Assembly: GCF_947495925.1 (NCBI RefSeq) | Contig: NZ_CANMAU010000001.1 | Coordinates: 537,523 to 601,522, forward strand | Length of the DNA stretch: 64,000 bases | Direction of reading: 5' to 3' | Source of the DNA: an uncultured Algibacter sp. | GTDB taxonomy: Bacteria; Bacteroidota; Bacteroidia; Flavobacteriales; Flavobacteriaceae | Shown: positions 8,648-20,584 of the stretch, piece by piece | Position numbering within the stretch: position 1 is the stretch's first letter | Layout of the letters: every line of letters starts with the position of its first letter | The notes under the pieces: model-generated | Seen by the model: the letters and a program-made list of their open reading frames with translations, nothing else | Told to the model about the DNA's origin: nothing | The model's database searches: none | Translations under genes and position numbers: made by a program

Positions 8648-8961
8648 TTAATAATAAATTATGATTTTTTGATTTTTCAACAACAATGGAATTTGAATTA
8701 TTGTCAGTATTTTCTATGATTTAGTACTATAATTTCTAAGATTCAAAGTAAAACTTAAAAGAAATTCACATATCCGCATTTACACCTATATATTATCGGT
8801 TTGAATATTTATTAAAAAACACGTTTAATATTGATATATACCTATTTTTATCTCGACTTCGCTTCTAAAATCGAAATAATGAAATGGGCTCTATTGTAAT
8901 TCAAAAACTAGAGCGTATCTTAGCCCTTCAACTCAAGTTTTTAAACCAATATTTGTTGATT

Positions 8962-11900
8962 ATGCTGAAGAAACAAGGACTTTATTTACCGGAATTTGAA
9001 CATGAAAATTGTGGTGCCGGTTTTATTTGTAATCTTAAAGGAGAGAAAACAAATCAAATCATCCATGATGCCTTAGAAATTCTAGTAAAATTAGAGCACC
9101 GTGGTGGTGTAAGTGCTGATGGAAAAACTGGTGATGGCGCTGGTTTATTAATAGATATCCCTCATGACTATTTTAACCGTGTTTGCGATTTTACGTTACC
9201 CGCTCAAAGAGAGTATGCGGTTGGTATGGTATTTTTACCAAAAGTAGTTAACCAGTATGAGTTTTGTAAAACCACTTTTGAAACCGAAGTTAAGGCTCAA
9301 GGTCTTTCCATTCTAGGTTGGAGAAAAGTTCCAGTTGACTCGTCTCAATTAGGTCAAATTGCATTAGCTTCTGAACCAAATATCGAGCAACTTTTTATTG
9401 GTAAAATTGAAGATATAGACGAAGCGACTTTTAAAGCAAAACTATATGCTGCTCGTAAAATAACCGAGCATACCATTAGAGAATCTAAAATTTCTGAAAG
9501 TGGGTACTTCTATGTGCCAAGTTTATCAAATACAACCATTATATATAAAGGTATTATAATGCCTGAAGATATCGGACCTTATTATACCGATTTACAGCAA
9601 ATCGACTTGGTTACACGTTTAGCTTTGGTACACCAACGTTTTTCAACGAATACCATGCCAACTTGGGAATTAGCTCAGCCATTTCGCTTTATGTGTCAGA
9701 ATGGTGAGATTAATACTTTAAGAGGTAACGTAAGTAGAATGCGTGTTCGTGAAGAAATCATGAAAAGCGATGTTTTTGGCCCTCAAATAGATAAATTATT
9801 CCCAATTATATTACCAGGAAAATCTGATTCTGCTTCAATGGATATGGTGGTTGAGTTATTAACTCACACCGACAGATCTTTACCAGAAATCATGATGATG
9901 ATGATTCCTGAAGCATGGGAAAAACACGCTACAATGTCTGAAGACAAAAAAGCGTTTTACGAATACAATGGCTGCATCATGGAACCTTGGGATGGTCCAG
10001 CTTCAGTGCCGTTTACAGATGGCGATTATATTGGTGCTTTATTAGACAGAAATGGTTTAAGACCTTCGAGATATACCGTAACAAAAAGTGGAAAACTTAT
10101 CATGTCTTCTGAAATTGGTGTGGTTAATGTGGAACCTGAGGATGTAAAAGAGCATGGTAGATTAGAACCAGGAAAAATGTTCTTGGTAGACATGAATGAG
10201 GGCCGTATTATTGAGGATGAAGAGATAAAAAGTAAAATTGTTTCTGAAAGACCTTACAAAGAATGGTTAGATAAGACTCGCCTTCACTTAAGAGATGTTC
10301 CATATACCAACGAAACATGTCCTATAGAAACTATTGACATTAAAACACGTCAACGCTTATTTAACTACACTTTTGAAGATATTCAAGAAGTCATTACGCC
10401 AATGGCGGTAGTTGGAAAAGAGGCCTTAGGCTCTATGGGAATAGACACACCATTAGCTGTGTTGTCTGACAGACCTCAATTGATTTCCAATTACTTTAAG
10501 CAATTATTCGCGCAAGTTACCAACCCTCCTTTAGATGGAATTCGTGAAGAAATCGTAACAGATATTAGCTTAAACCTTGGAAAGGATAGAAACATATTCA
10601 GTATTACCGAAAGACAGTGTAGAAAATTAAGAATTCAAAATCCTGTTATTTCAAACGCTGATTTAGAAAAAATTAGAAGCATACAAGTTGAAAGCTTTAA
10701 GGCTGAAACAATCCAGATGCTTTATCCTAAAGTACAAGGACTAAATGGTCTTGAAAACGCTTTAGAAGATTTAGTAAAACAAGTTGAAAAAGCTCTTGAA
10801 AGAAAAACGAACATTATTATTCTTTCTGATAGAGGTGTAAATGAAGAATACGCTCCTATCCCAGCTTTATTAGCTTGTTCTTATGTTAATCATCAATTAA
10901 ACCGTTTACGTAAACGTTCTTATTTCGATATTATTATCGAATCTGCAGAACCACGTGAACCTCATCATTTCGCAACCTTATTTGGTTATGGAGCAAGCGC
11001 TATCAACCCATATATGGTTAATGAAATTATCAGAATGCAAGTTAAGGAAGGCTTCATTACTGGTATGGATGAACAAAAAGCCGTTGATAACTTCAACAAG
11101 GCTATTGGAAAAGGTATTTTAAAAGTGATGAACAAAATTGGAATCTCTACATTACATTCTTACAGAGGTTCTCAAATTTTTGAAATTGTAGGTTTCAATT
11201 CTCAATTTGTTGAAAAGTACTTCCCATATACAGCTTCTAGAGTTGAAGGTATTGGGTTATATGAGATTGAAAAAGAGATAGACCAACGTTACAAACAGGC
11301 TTATCCTGACAATAAAGTTAACAGAAAGCTAGGCTTAAATATAGGAGGTGATTACAGATGGAGACGTAATGGGGAAAGACATTTGTTTAACCCTACTACA
11401 GTTGCCAAATTGCAACAAGCAGTAAGGCTAAGTGACCAAAAAAGTTATGATGTTTACTCAAAAACTATAAATGAACAGTCAGAAAACCTAATGACTATTC
11501 GCGGCTTATTTGAGTTTGACAATCTAGATCCAATTCCATTAGATGAAGTAGAACCTTGGACAGAAATTGTAAAGAAATTTAAAACAGGTGCCATGTCTTA
11601 CGGATCCATTTCTCGTGAGGCCCATGAAAATTTAGCTATTGCTATGAACCGAATTGGAGGTAAATCCAATTCTGGTGAAGGTGGCGAAGATAGAAAACGT
11701 TTCCAAAAAGATGTTAATGGAGATAGCAGAAACTCGGCTATCAAGCAGGTAGCCTCTGGTAGATTTGGAGTGACTTCGCATTATTTAACCAATGCTAAGG
11801 AGATTCAAATTAAAATGGCGCAAGGTGCTAAACCTGGTGAAGGTGGACAACTTCCTGGTGAAAAAGTATTACCATGGATTGCATCTGCCAGAAACTCAAC

Positions 11901-13476
11901 ACCTTTTGTAGGATTGATTTCACCACCTCCACATCATGATATTTATTCTATTGAAGATTTAGCACAATTAATTTTCGATTTAAAGAATGCGAATCGTGAG
12001 GCTCGTGTTAATGTAAAATTAGTATCTGAAGTAGGTGTTGGTACTATTGCTGCTGGTGTTGCAAAAGCTAAAGCCGATGTGGTATTAATTTCTGGTTACG
12101 ATGGTGGTACAGGTGCTTCACCGCTTACATCATTAAAACATGCCGGATTACCTTGGGAGCTTGGTTTATCAGAAGCACAACAAACTTTAGTTCTTAATAA
12201 CTTAAGAAGTAGAATTGTTGTAGAGTGTGATGGTCAGCTAAAAACAGGTAGAGATGTTGCTATCGCAGCTTTATTAGGAGCTGAAGAGTTTGGATTTGCA
12301 ACGGCGCCATTAGTAGCTTCAGGATGTATCATGATGCGTAAATGTCATTTAAATACTTGTCCTGTAGGTATCGCAACTCAAGATAAAGAGTTACGTAAAA
12401 ACTTTAAAGGTACACCCGAGCACGTGATTAACTTTTTCTATTATGTTGCAGAAGAGTTAAGACAAATCATGGCACAACTAGGGTTTAGAACCTTAGCCGA
12501 AATGGTTGGACAAACGCACAAAATAAACGCGAACAAAGCAATTAAACATTACAAAGCTAAAGGATTAGACTTATCAAGTATTTTACACAGGCCTTCAGTT
12601 TATAATGAACTTACTGTTCGCAACACAGAAGCTCAAGACCATAATTTAGATAGTGTCTTAGATTTTACAATTCTTAAAGATTCTCATAGGGCTTTATATA
12701 GAAAAGAAAAAACAAATCTGTCTTATCCTATTAAAAATATTGATCGTACGGTAGGTGCTATCGTAAGTAATGAAATTTCAAAAATTTATGGTCATTTAGG
12801 GTTACCTGAAGACACCTTAAATATAAACTTCACAGGATCTGCGGGTCAAAGTTTTGGTGCTTTTGGGGCACATGGTTTAACCTTCACAGTTGACGGTAAT
12901 ACAAACGATTACCTTGGTAAAGGGCTTTCTGGAGCAAAACTAATTGTTAAAAAACCGGCAACAGCAGATTTTATTGCCGAAAACAATATTATCATTGGTA
13001 ATGTTTGTTTGTTTGGTGCTGTTCAAGGTGAAGCTTACATCAATGGTATAGCAGGAGAACGTTTCGCAGTTAGGAACTCTGGTGCTACCGCTGTAGTTGA
13101 AGGTGTTGGAGATCACTGTTGTGAATACATGACTGGTGGTAAAGTTATTGTTTTAGGTGAGACTGGAAGAAATTTTGCAGCAGGAATGAGTGGTGGAATT
13201 GCTTATGTATATGATCCTGACCATAAATTTGTAAATGGTTTATGTAACACAGAAACTATAGAATTTGAGGATATTACTTCTGAAGATGCTTCAGATTTAA
13301 AAACTTCAATCGAAAAGCATGCGCTTTATACAAATAGTAATAGAGGAAAAGAATTATTGGCAGACTGGGATACTAGCTTAGGTAATTTTGTAAAAGTTAT
13401 GCCAATAGAGTATAAAAAAGCTCTTGCGCGTTTAGCAACAGGAGAAGTAATGGTAGAAGAATTAACAACAGCATAG
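8962..13476 (+). CDS. gltB: Glutamate synthase large subunit
   Basis: It has the Ntn amidotransferase start ([12 protein letters not shown]), the FMN domain ([10 protein letters not shown]), a 3Fe-4S Cys cluster ([19 protein letters not shown]) and the C-terminal GXGXG domain. I prefer the ATG at 8962 ([12 protein letters not shown]) over 8884. Confidence 0.95.
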   Translation: MLKKQGLYLPEFEHENCGAGFICNLKGEKTNQIIHDALEILVKLEHRGGVSADGKTGDGAGLLIDIPHDYFNRVCDFTLPAQREYAVGMVFLPKVVNQYEFCKTTFETEVKAQGLSILGWRKVPVDSSQLGQIALASEPNIEQLFIGKIEDIDEATFKAKLYAARKITEHTIRESKISESGYFYVPSLSNTTIIYKGIIMPEDIGPYYTDLQQIDLVTRLALVHQRFSTNTMPTWELAQPFRFMCQNGEINTLRGNVSRMRVREEIMKSDVFGPQIDKLFPIILPGKSDSASMDMVVELLTHTDRSLPEIMMMMIPEAWEKHATMSEDKKAFYEYNGCIMEPWDGPASVPFTDGDYIGALLDRNGLRPSRYTVTKSGKLIMSSEIGVVNVEPEDVKEHGRLEPGKMFLVDMNEGRIIEDEEIKSKIVSERPYKEWLDKTRLHLRDVPYTNETCPIETIDIKTRQRLFNYTFEDIQEVITPMAVVGKEALGSMGIDTPLAVLSDRPQLISNYFKQLFAQVTNPPLDGIREEIVTDISLNLGKDRNIFSITERQCRKLRIQNPVISNADLEKIRSIQVESFKAETIQMLYPKVQGLNGLENALEDLVKQVEKALERKTNIIILSDRGVNEEYAPIPALLACSYVNHQLNRLRKRSYFDIIIESAEPREPHHFATLFGYGASAINPYMVNEIIRMQVKEGFITGMDEQKAVDNFNKAIGKGILKVMNKIGISTLHSYRGSQIFEIVGFNSQFVEKYFPYTASRVEGIGLYEIEKEIDQRYKQAYPDNKVNRKLGLNIGGDYRWRRNGERHLFNPTTVAKLQQAVRLSDQKSYDVYSKTINEQSENLMTIRGLFEFDNLDPIPLDEVEPWTEIVKKFKTGAMSYGSISREAHENLAIAMNRIGGKSNSGEGGEDRKRFQKDVNGDSRNSAIKQVASGRFGVTSHYLTNAKEIQIKMAQGAKPGEGGQLPGEKVLPWIASARNSTPFVGLISPPPHHDIYSIEDLAQLIFDLKNANREARVNVKLVSEVGVGTIAAGVAKAKADVVLISGYDGGTGASPLTSLKHAGLPWELGLSEAQQTLVLNNLRSRIVVECDGQLKTGRDVAIAALLGAEEFGFATAPLVASGCIMMRKCHLNTCPVGIATQDKELRKNFKGTPEHVINFFYYVAEELRQIMAQLGFRTLAEMVGQTHKINANKAIKHYKAKGLDLSSILHRPSVYNELTVRNTEAQDHNLDSVLDFTILKDSHRALYRKEKTNLSYPIKNIDRTVGAIVSNEISKIYGHLGLPEDTLNINFTGSAGQSFGAFGAHGLTFTVDGNTNDYLGKGLSGAKLIVKKPATADFIAENNIIIGNVCLFGAVQGEAYINGIAGERFAVRNSGATAVVEGVGDHCCEYMTGGKVIVLGETGRNFAAGMSGGIAYVYDPDHKFVNGLCNTETIEFEDITSEDASDLKTSIEKHALYTNSNRGKELLADWDTSLGNFVKVMPIEYKKALARLATGEVMVEELTTA

Positions 13477-13480
13477 TGTC

Positions 13481-14944
13481 ATGGGTAAAGTAACCGGATT
13501 TAAAGAATTTGAAAGACAAGATGAAAAGTACACTTCTGTAGAAGATCGTGTGCAACATTATAAAGAATTTACAGTTCCATTAAGTGATACAGAGATCACA
13601 AAACAAGGATCTCGTTGTATGGATTGCGGAATACCTTTTTGCCATAGTGGATGCCCACTTGGTAATTTAATTCCAGATTTTAATCATATGGTACACCAAG
13701 GTGAATGGCAAAAGGCCTCTTGGTTATTACACTCTACTAATAACTTTCCTGAGTTTACAGGCAGACTGTGTCCTGCGCCTTGTGAGAAATCATGTGTATT
13801 AGGTATTATTGAAGATCCTGTATCTATTGAAAATATAGAAAAAAATATTGTAGAACGTGCTTTTAAGGAAGGTTGGATTAAACCTCAACCGCCAGAAACT
13901 AGAACAGGAAAAACTATTGCTGTGGTTGGTTCTGGACCTGCTGGTTTAGCGGCCGCTCAACAATTAAATAGAGCTGGACATACTGTTACTGTTTTTGAGC
14001 GTGACGATGAAGTTGGTGGGCTACTACGTTATGGTATTCCTAACTTTAAAATGGAAAAAGGGATTATTGACCGTAGAGTCGCTATTCTTGAAGCTGAAGG
14101 CATTACCTTTAAAACCAATGTAAATGTTGGAGTTAATTATGATGTTGAAGATTTAAAAGCTTTTGATTCTGTGGTACTTTGTGGTGGGGCTACTGAAAGA
14201 CGTAGTTTACCAACTCCTGGTATTGATGCAGATGGTGTGGTTCAAGCTATGGATTTCTTAACCCAACAAACAAAAGTCTTGTTCGGTAAAAAGGTTGACA
14301 ACCAAGTTATGGCTACCGATAAAAATGTTATTGTTATTGGGGGTGGTGATACAGGTTCAGATTGTATTGGAACCTCCAACCGTCATGGTGCTAAATCTGT
14401 GGTGAATTTTGAAATTATGCCAAAACCACCAGGACATCGTTCTCCAACCACACCTTGGCCTTTTTGGCCACTACAGTTAAAAACATCCTCTTCTCACCAA
14501 GAAGGTGTTGAACGTAACTGGCTGATTAACACTAAAGAATTTGTAAAAGATAGCGATGGTAAATTAACGGCTTTAAAAACTGTTAACGTAGAATGGAAAA
14601 TGGTTCCAGGTCAGCGCCCTCAGCTTATAGAAATTGAAGGTACAGAAAAAACTTGGCCATGCGATTTAGCGCTATTAGCTTTAGGTTTTACGGGACCTGA
14701 AAGTACGTTAGCAGATAAGTTAGGTCTTGATACCGATGCGCGTTCTAATTACAAAGCGGAATATGGAAAATATCAAACTAACGTCCCTAACATATTTACT
14801 GCTGGCGATATGCGTCGAGGACAGTCTTTAATTGTTTGGGCTATTTCCGAAGGTAGAGAAGCTGCAAGACAAGTAGATTTATTCCTCATGGGTAAATCGA
14901 ACTTACCATCAAAAGATGTAACTGGTGATTTAGTTACCATGTAA
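13481..14944 (+). CDS. gltD: Glutamate synthase small subunit (NADPH)
   Basis: It has Fe-S Cys motifs (CMDCGIPFCHSGCPLGN, CPAPCEKSC) and a Rossmann motif (VAVVGSGPAGLAAA). It is translationally adjacent to gltB. Confidence 0.95.
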   Translation: MGKVTGFKEFERQDEKYTSVEDRVQHYKEFTVPLSDTEITKQGSRCMDCGIPFCHSGCPLGNLIPDFNHMVHQGEWQKASWLLHSTNNFPEFTGRLCPAPCEKSCVLGIIEDPVSIENIEKNIVERAFKEGWIKPQPPETRTGKTIAVVGSGPAGLAAAQQLNRAGHTVTVFERDDEVGGLLRYGIPNFKMEKGIIDRRVAILEAEGITFKTNVNVGVNYDVEDLKAFDSVVLCGGATERRSLPTPGIDADGVVQAMDFLTQQTKVLFGKKVDNQVMATDKNVIVIGGGDTGSDCIGTSNRHGAKSVVNFEIMPKPPGHRSPTTPWPFWPLQLKTSSSHQEGVERNWLINTKEFVKDSDGKLTALKTVNVEWKMVPGQRPQLIEIEGTEKTWPCDLALLALGFTGPESTLADKLGLDTDARSNYKAEYGKYQTNVPNIFTAGDMRRGQSLIVWAISEGREAARQVDLFLMGKSNLPSKDVTGDLVTM

Positions 14945-14964
14945 ATATAATAACTTAGATGTAA

Positions 14965-14995
14965 TAAAAAATCCAGCTGTAAGCTGGATTTTTTA
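14965..14995. terminator. Bidirectional terminator after gltD
   Basis: The structure is aaaaaa-atccagc-tgtaa-gctggat-tttttt. Confidence 0.75.
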
Positions 14996-15007
14996 TTACA
15001 ATCAATT

Positions 15008-15535
15008 TTAACTTTCCTTTTTAAGCGGAGAATGATGTTCGTGTACTATTTTCCATCCATCATCGGTATTCAAAAATAATAGCGTTATTTGATCATTAAC
15101 TACAACAAGGTCTTCTCCGAATTTTAAATGAAAATCTGAATGAAAGGTCACATTAGCGACATCACCATAAACAGCAACTTTTAAATCTTTTGCATCAAAT
15201 TTCACTACTTCCGTTACAGCACCAAACACAATACGCTCATGAGCTTCATTTGCCGCACCATCATTCCTTGGCTCTCCAGATTTAAATTCCGTGAACTTTG
15301 AACCATAAGCGTGAAAAGATATTAATTCATCAATATCCCCATCCTTCAGGCTTTGCGCGATAGCTCCGAAGGTTTCTATCACTTCTTGTTTAGCTTCCGG
15401 AAATTCGTCATTAATTAGATCTACTTTTTCTACAACCTCAACCACTTCAACAACTTCTTCTTTCTTTTCCTTACAGCCGTTAGATAAAAGAAATGCGCTA
15501 AATACTAAAACAGCTAATACTAATTTTGTTTTCAT
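15008..15535 (-). CDS. Lipoprotein with NTF2-like (SnoaL/DUF4440-type) fold, tentative
   Basis: It has a lipobox LLSNGC and an acidic EVV-repeat linker. The C-terminal GWKIVHEHHSP segment is typical of NTF2-like domains. Confidence 0.45.
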   Translation of the reverse strand: MKTKLVLAVLVFSAFLLSNGCKEKKEEVVEVVEVVEKVDLINDEFPEAKQEVIETFGAIAQSLKDGDIDELISFHAYGSKFTEFKSGEPRNDGAANEAHERIVFGAVTEVVKFDAKDLKVAVYGDVANVTFHSDFHLKFGEDLVVVNDQITLLFLNTDDGWKIVHEHHSPLKKES

Positions 15536-15637
15536 AATAATACGAGTTTAGTTTGTTAATTAAATAAGCTTTCTAATTAACCTTAAAGGAGAGTTTTTGT
15601 AAGTTACTGAATATTAGATCAAAACACAACTAATTAC

Positions 15638-16216
15638 CTACTTATAAAAATTCATCTGATCTAAATATTCCCACACATGCTCAGGAAACATCGGTTTTAC
15701 ATTTTTGCCTTCGGCAATTGCTTTTCTAATAAATGTAGATGAAATTTGCATAACCGGCGCATTAATAAAATGAATTTTTTCATGGTCATTAAATTGCGTA
15801 TCTACTTCTTTCCGTGAGATTCTAGGGTATACATAAATATGATGGCGCTTTAAGATCACCTCATAATTCTTCCACTTGTGTAAACCTTTCAAATTATCTT
15901 CACCCATTATCAATGCAAATTCGTAGTCTGGGTGTTTTTCTTCTAAATAAGCTAAAGTATTAACGGTATAATTAGGCTGCGGCAAGTTGAACTCTATATC
16001 ACTAGGTTTTAAGTTTGGGTACTCTTTGGTGGCCCTAAACACCATTTCTAAACGTTGATAATTATCTAAAAGAGTTGATTTCTTTTTAAATGGATTATGA
16101 GGTGTTACTACAAACCAAACCTGGTCTAAGTCACTAAATTCAGCAATATGGTTTGCTATAATTAGGTGCCCAATATGAATGGGGTTAAAAGAACCAAAAT
16201 ATAATCCAACTTTCAT
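15638..16216 (-). CDS. nadD: Nicotinate-nucleotide adenylyltransferase
   Basis: It has GSFNPIHIGHL (the GxFxPxHxGH motif) and the ISSTFIR motif. Confidence 0.9.
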   Translation of the reverse strand: MKVGLYFGSFNPIHIGHLIIANHIAEFSDLDQVWFVVTPHNPFKKKSTLLDNYQRLEMVFRATKEYPNLKPSDIEFNLPQPNYTVNTLAYLEEKHPDYEFALIMGEDNLKGLHKWKNYEVILKRHHIYVYPRISRKEVDTQFNDHEKIHFINAPVMQISSTFIRKAIAEGKNVKPMFPEHVWEYLDQMNFYK

Positions 16217-16225
16217 GATAAGGAC

Positions 16226-16813
16226 TTAAGACTTAATAAATGCACTTATTTTTTCATGCGCCTCTTCCTGTGCATGTTCTAAAGTATCATTAACCACAAT
16301 AGTATCAAATAATGGTGCTGTCGCTAACTCTGCAGACGCTTTGGCTACGCGCATGTTTATTTTATCTTCAGACTCTGTTTTTCGCTTTTTTAAACGAATC
16401 TTTAATTCATCAACACTTGGTGGTTTGACAAAAACAGCGAGGGTTTCTTCTGGATATTTTCTTTTTATGCGAAGCCCTCCAGAAACATCAATATCAAAAA
16501 TAACGTTCTTGCCTTGTGCCCAAATACGCTCTACTTCTGTTTTTAAGGTCCCATAAAAATTATCCCGATATACTTCCTCCCACTCTAAAAATTCATCGTT
16601 TTTTATTTTGGCCTTAAATTCTTCAGCAGATAAAAAATAATAATCTTTACCATGTTCTTCCGTACCACGTTTTGCCCTTGAGGTTGCCGATATTGAAAAC
16701 TCTAAATTTAAATCTTCTATACCTAATAAGTGCCTAACAATCGTTGTTTTTCCAGAACCTGATGGCGCAGAAAAAACTATAAGTTTACCAGTAGCTGGTG
16801 TTTCTTTTTTCAC
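16226..16813 (-). CDS. gmk: Guanylate kinase
   Basis: It has a P-loop (SAPSGSGKTT) and the SATSRAKRGTEEHGKDYYF block. Confidence 0.9.
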   Translation of the reverse strand: MKKETPATGKLIVFSAPSGSGKTTIVRHLLGIEDLNLEFSISATSRAKRGTEEHGKDYYFLSAEEFKAKIKNDEFLEWEEVYRDNFYGTLKTEVERIWAQGKNVIFDIDVSGGLRIKRKYPEETLAVFVKPPSVDELKIRLKKRKTESEDKINMRVAKASAELATAPLFDTIVVNDTLEHAQEEAHEKISAFIKS

Positions 16814-16828
16814 AAATAATATCTTTAA

Positions 16829-17686
16829 TTAAAGTACATTCAACAATTGTTCCTTAATTTTTTCCAGCTCATCTTTCATCTGAACTACGAGCTGCTGCAT
16901 TGGGGCATAATTACTTTTAGATCCAATGGTATTAATTTCTCTTCCCATTTCTTGACTAATAAAACCTAATTTCTTTCCATTAGATTCATTAGAATTTATG
17001 GATTCGGTAAAATAATTCAAATGATTCTTTAATCGTACTTTCTCTTCAGTAATATCGAATTTTTCAATATAGTAAACCAGTTCCTGCTCAAATCTGTTTT
17101 CATCATACTTCTCTTTCAATTCTTCAACACCTCTCAATAAACGTTCTCTCACCCCTTCAACACGCTCAGGATCCATAGCTATCACCTGCTCTAATATAGT
17201 TTCAATTGATGCAATTCGGGCATTAAAATCTTGCTCTAAAACCTTGCCTTCATCCAATCTGTGTTCGGTTAGATCTTCAACCGCTTTATGAATTTCAGCT
17301 TCTATGGCTTTCCATTCGTTTTCATCTATTTCTTCTCGTACCGTATTTAAAGCATCAGGAAATCTTACAGCCATTTTAAGAAGCTCAATATCATTTCCAT
17401 CAACAACATTCTTCAATTGCGCGATATATTGTTTAACAACGGGGGTATTAATTTGAGATGATGTATCCTCTGCGGTAGCTTCAACATAAATTGAAAAATC
17501 AATCTTACCGCGTACTAATTTATCAGCAAGAACTTTTCTTATTGCCAATTCTTTTTCTCTATAAACAGATGGCATTCTTGCATTTAAATCTAAATTTTTA
17601 CTATTTAAAGATTTAAGTTCTATAGTCACTTTTTTCGTGGGTAGTTGCAATACAGATTTTCCATAACCTGTCATTGAGTATATCAT
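16829..17686 (-). CDS. yicC: YicC-family stress-induced protein
   Basis: It has the MTGYG N-terminus and the C-terminal EMGREINTIGSKS block. The yicC-gmk-nadD order is conserved. Confidence 0.85.
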   Translation of the reverse strand: MIYSMTGYGKSVLQLPTKKVTIELKSLNSKNLDLNARMPSVYREKELAIRKVLADKLVRGKIDFSIYVEATAEDTSSQINTPVVKQYIAQLKNVVDGNDIELLKMAVRFPDALNTVREEIDENEWKAIEAEIHKAVEDLTEHRLDEGKVLEQDFNARIASIETILEQVIAMDPERVEGVRERLLRGVEELKEKYDENRFEQELVYYIEKFDITEEKVRLKNHLNYFTESINSNESNGKKLGFISQEMGREINTIGSKSNYAPMQQLVVQMKDELEKIKEQLLNVL

Positions 17687-17804
17687 AAAGACTTAATTTA
17701 AGTTATGCAAAGGTAACAAAACCCTAAGGATAGAAAACAGAATATGAAAAGCAACTTTCACTTCTAATGAATTTCTCTAATTCGTTATAAAAAACTAATT
17801 AGAA

Positions 17805-18908
17805 CTATCTACCAAAAGATTCTCCAATTCTAAAATACAACCCCCAATCTCCCTTTCCAGCTGCTACATCTACACCAATATTAATGCGCTCTTTTGGAAT
17901 CATCATATATCTAATCCCAACACCCCCTCCTGGTAATATCTCTGCTTTACCTAAGCCTGAAAAATTCTCTACAGCTGTGGCTAGTCCAAAGAAACCAACC
18001 ATACCAAATTTATTCTCAAAACGCCACCTATATTCAGATTGGATCGCATAGACCTGATTATCTCGGTATTTCCCGTTGGAATATCCCCTGATATCATCTT
18101 GACCTACCACATTCTGTCCTTGAAAAGGTACATCGCCAGTAGCAATAGATGCAGTAGCACGAGTCACTATAATTTTTCGTTCTGAACTTAAAGGATAGTA
18201 ATGATTATATGTTAATTCGAAACTCTCAAAATCATCTTCACTATTAAGCCATTTTCTGAAAAAATCATTTTTAAACTCAACATTAAAACCTTCGTACGGG
18301 TTTAATTGATTATCACGTTCGTCATAATTAAACAAGTATCCTAAACTATTCATACGTCTCTCATCAGTTAATAGTTCAGGTGGTAGAAAATCGGGTAAAT
18401 CAAAGTCTGTTTTACTGGTTGAAATTACAGTCCTAAGCCCCCCGTACAATTTTCCTACTAATTTTCGTTCTACCTTTAACATGGCAAACTCAGCCCTAGT
18501 ATTAAAACCAATAAAATCGCCCCCAACTACGGGAATTTCCTGCCAATATTGATAATTAATATTACCTAATCCTAGACCAAACATAACACGCCATTTATCT
18601 TCATTTAAATATAGTTTTTGAAATGCCGCAGCAAAGAATGTATTATTCGTTGAATACATCCCAAAAACGCCTGTTGAAGACGTTGGAGAAATGGTGTCTT
18701 TTTCGCTCACTTTATAAAACATTTGGCCCATAACTCCTGCGCTTAAACCAATAGCATTGCTATAATTAATAACGGGAATGCCAGCAAAATTCACCTTTTT
18801 AATAGAGTCATTTTTCTTTTGCGCAAACCCGCCCAAACAGAGACTCAGAATTAACACAATCACTAAATAAAATTCCCTATTTAACACTTGTCTTATCCCC
18901 GTATTCAT
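17805..18908 (-). CDS. Omp85/surface-antigen-type outer-membrane beta-barrel without visible POTRA domains
   Basis: It has a signal peptide (LSLCLGGFAQ), a beta-strand periodicity, and a C-terminal GVDVAAGKGDWGLYFRIGESFGR. The track start at 18932 is GTG; I prefer the ATG at 18908. Confidence 0.5.
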   Translation of the reverse strand: MNTGIRQVLNREFYLVIVLILSLCLGGFAQKKNDSIKKVNFAGIPVINYSNAIGLSAGVMGQMFYKVSEKDTISPTSSTGVFGMYSTNNTFFAAAFQKLYLNEDKWRVMFGLGLGNINYQYWQEIPVVGGDFIGFNTRAEFAMLKVERKLVGKLYGGLRTVISTSKTDFDLPDFLPPELLTDERRMNSLGYLFNYDERDNQLNPYEGFNVEFKNDFFRKWLNSEDDFESFELTYNHYYPLSSERKIIVTRATASIATGDVPFQGQNVVGQDDIRGYSNGKYRDNQVYAIQSEYRWRFENKFGMVGFFGLATAVENFSGLGKAEILPGGGVGIRYMMIPKERINIGVDVAAGKGDWGLYFRIGESFGR

Positions 18909-18953
18909 TATATGACAATTTTTATATAACACAAAATTACCAAGTTATGAAAT

Positions 18954-18986
18954 AAAAAAGCATTCTATTAATAAAAAAAGAATGCT
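18954..18986 (-). terminator. Terminator after the sulfatase gene
   Basis: The stem agcattct (18959-18966) / agaatgct (18979-18986) is followed by a T-run on the minus strand. Confidence 0.65.
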
Positions 18987-19015
18987 CAATTATGCTTCTA
19001 AAATAACTCTTTAAA

Positions 19016-20584
19016 CTACTTCAACTCCAGTTTTTGAGTTTCCTGTTTATAACCTTCACCTCTAATAGCTTCAAATTTGATCACCATATCTCTAAGTTTG
19101 TCTTGATTTGTTCCAGCCAAATTATTCTGTTGCCCTCGATCATCTTTCAAATTATACAATTGAAAGTCCTTAGAATTACCAATTTCAATATTTACTGCAC
19201 TAAGGATTTCTGGTCCATTATATGGAGGAATCATAACCCAATCACCTTCTTTATAAGCTGTTTTTGAATTGGCTTCAATAATTAAATTTTCTCTTCCATT
19301 ATTAGATTTTCCTAAGAAAACATCTAATAAATCCTCACTGTCATTAGCTTCCACATCACTATCTACAAACTTTGCTAGAGACGATAATATATCTAACTGA
19401 CAAACTAATGCATCCGATACTCCTGGTTGAATAGTACCTTTCCAATATGTAAAAAACGGTACCCGTGTTCCAGCTTCAAACAGACTGTATTTCCCTCCTC
19501 TTAAGCCTCCTCTTGGTGTATGGCTTCCTAATTTTTCAACAGCATCATCATAATATCCGTCATTTAATACGGGGCCATTATCACTTGAGAAAATGATTAA
19601 GGTATTTTTCAAAACACCTTCTTCTTCTAGCGTTTTAATAAACTCTCCTATACACCAATCTGCTTCAACAATTACATCTCCTCTAGGCCCAAGCCCTGAA
19701 GCACCAACAAATCTTGGATGTGGTGTTCTTGGCACATGTGGTTGTTGCATGGCGTAATACAAGAAAAAAGGCTCGCTCTTGTGCTGTTTCACGTAATTTT
19801 GAGCTCCTTTTAAAAAGTGATCCGCCATATCTTCATCTTTCCACTTTGCTGCTTCTCCACCTTTCATATAACCAATACGCGGTATTCCATTTACAATACT
19901 ACTATTGTGTCCATGGTGCCATTTCATTTTTAATAATTCTGGGTTATCAACACCATTTGATTGCCCTTCAAAATTTTTGTTGTAATTAATCTCTATGGGG
20001 TCGTTAGGGTCTAAACCAACAACATCTCCGTTTTCAATATAAACGGTAGGAACCCGATCTTGAGTTGCTGCCATAATATAAGAGTAATCAAATCCAACTT
20101 CATTAGGCCCCGGACTTACCCGCTCATTCCAATTTACATGTCCGCTCCCTAATCCAAGATGCCACTTCCCTACAATACCTGTGTAATATCCTTTTGATTT
20201 CAACATTTTTGGAACTGTCATTTGATCAGTACCAATAATTAATGGAGCAGTACCTGGTAATATTTTAGCATCTTTTTCTCGCCAAGGATATACGCCTGTT
20301 AACAAAGCATATCTACTAGGCGTACACGTTGCCGAAGATGCAAAACCATTAGTAAAACGCACGCCGTTATTGGCTAAACTATCCATATTAGGAGTTTTGA
20401 TTTGAGTCGCACCATTAAAACCAACATCTCCATAACCTAGATCATCTGTATAAATAATTACAATATTGGGTTGTGTAATATCTTCTGCTGATACCGCTTC
20501 TGTAACTTCTTTTGATTTCTCTTTACAGTTCACAGTTATAAGTGCTAAAAGCACGTAAAGTATCCCTTGGTTTAATCTTTTCAT
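19016..20584 (-). CDS. Cys-type sulfatase (arylsulfatase family S1)
   Basis: It has the formylglycine motif SATCTPSRYALLTG, the metal site IYTDDLGYGD, and a signal peptide. Confidence 0.85.
   Translation of the reverse strand: MKRLNQGILYVLLALITVNCKEKSKEVTEAVSAEDITQPNIVIIYTDDLGYGDVGFNGATQIKTPNMDSLANNGVRFTNGFASSATCTPSRYALLTGVYPWREKDAKILPGTAPLIIGTDQMTVPKMLKSKGYYTGIVGKWHLGLGSGHVNWNERVSPGPNEVGFDYSYIMAATQDRVPTVYIENGDVVGLDPNDPIEINYNKNFEGQSNGVDNPELLKMKWHHGHNSSIVNGIPRIGYMKGGEAAKWKDEDMADHFLKGAQNYVKQHKSEPFFLYYAMQQPHVPRTPHPRFVGASGLGPRGDVIVEADWCIGEFIKTLEEEGVLKNTLIIFSSDNGPVLNDGYYDDAVEKLGSHTPRGGLRGGKYSLFEAGTRVPFFTYWKGTIQPGVSDALVCQLDILSSLAKFVDSDVEANDSEDLLDVFLGKSNNGRENLIIEANSKTAYKEGDWVMIPPYNGPEILSAVNIEIGNSKDFQLYNLKDDRGQQNNLAGTNQDKLRDMVIKFEAIRGEGYKQETQKLELK

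Noticed and set aside
8884-8961. A 26-codon in-frame extension of gltB ([26 protein letters not shown]) contains a hairpin gctcta-N15-tagagc. It could be a leader peptide.
   Set aside because: It is in frame with gltB with no stop, so it is not a separate leader ORF. GltB homologs start a few residues before the catalytic Cys (here [17 protein letters not shown]). The hairpin is short and may simply be 5-prime UTR structure.
15428-15460. An imperfect 9-bp tandem repeat encodes (EVV)3 in the lipoprotein at 15008-15535.
   Set aside because: It is a short acidic linker directly after the lipobox, which is typical low-complexity tether sequence. It is too short and too imperfect to be a variable-number repeat.
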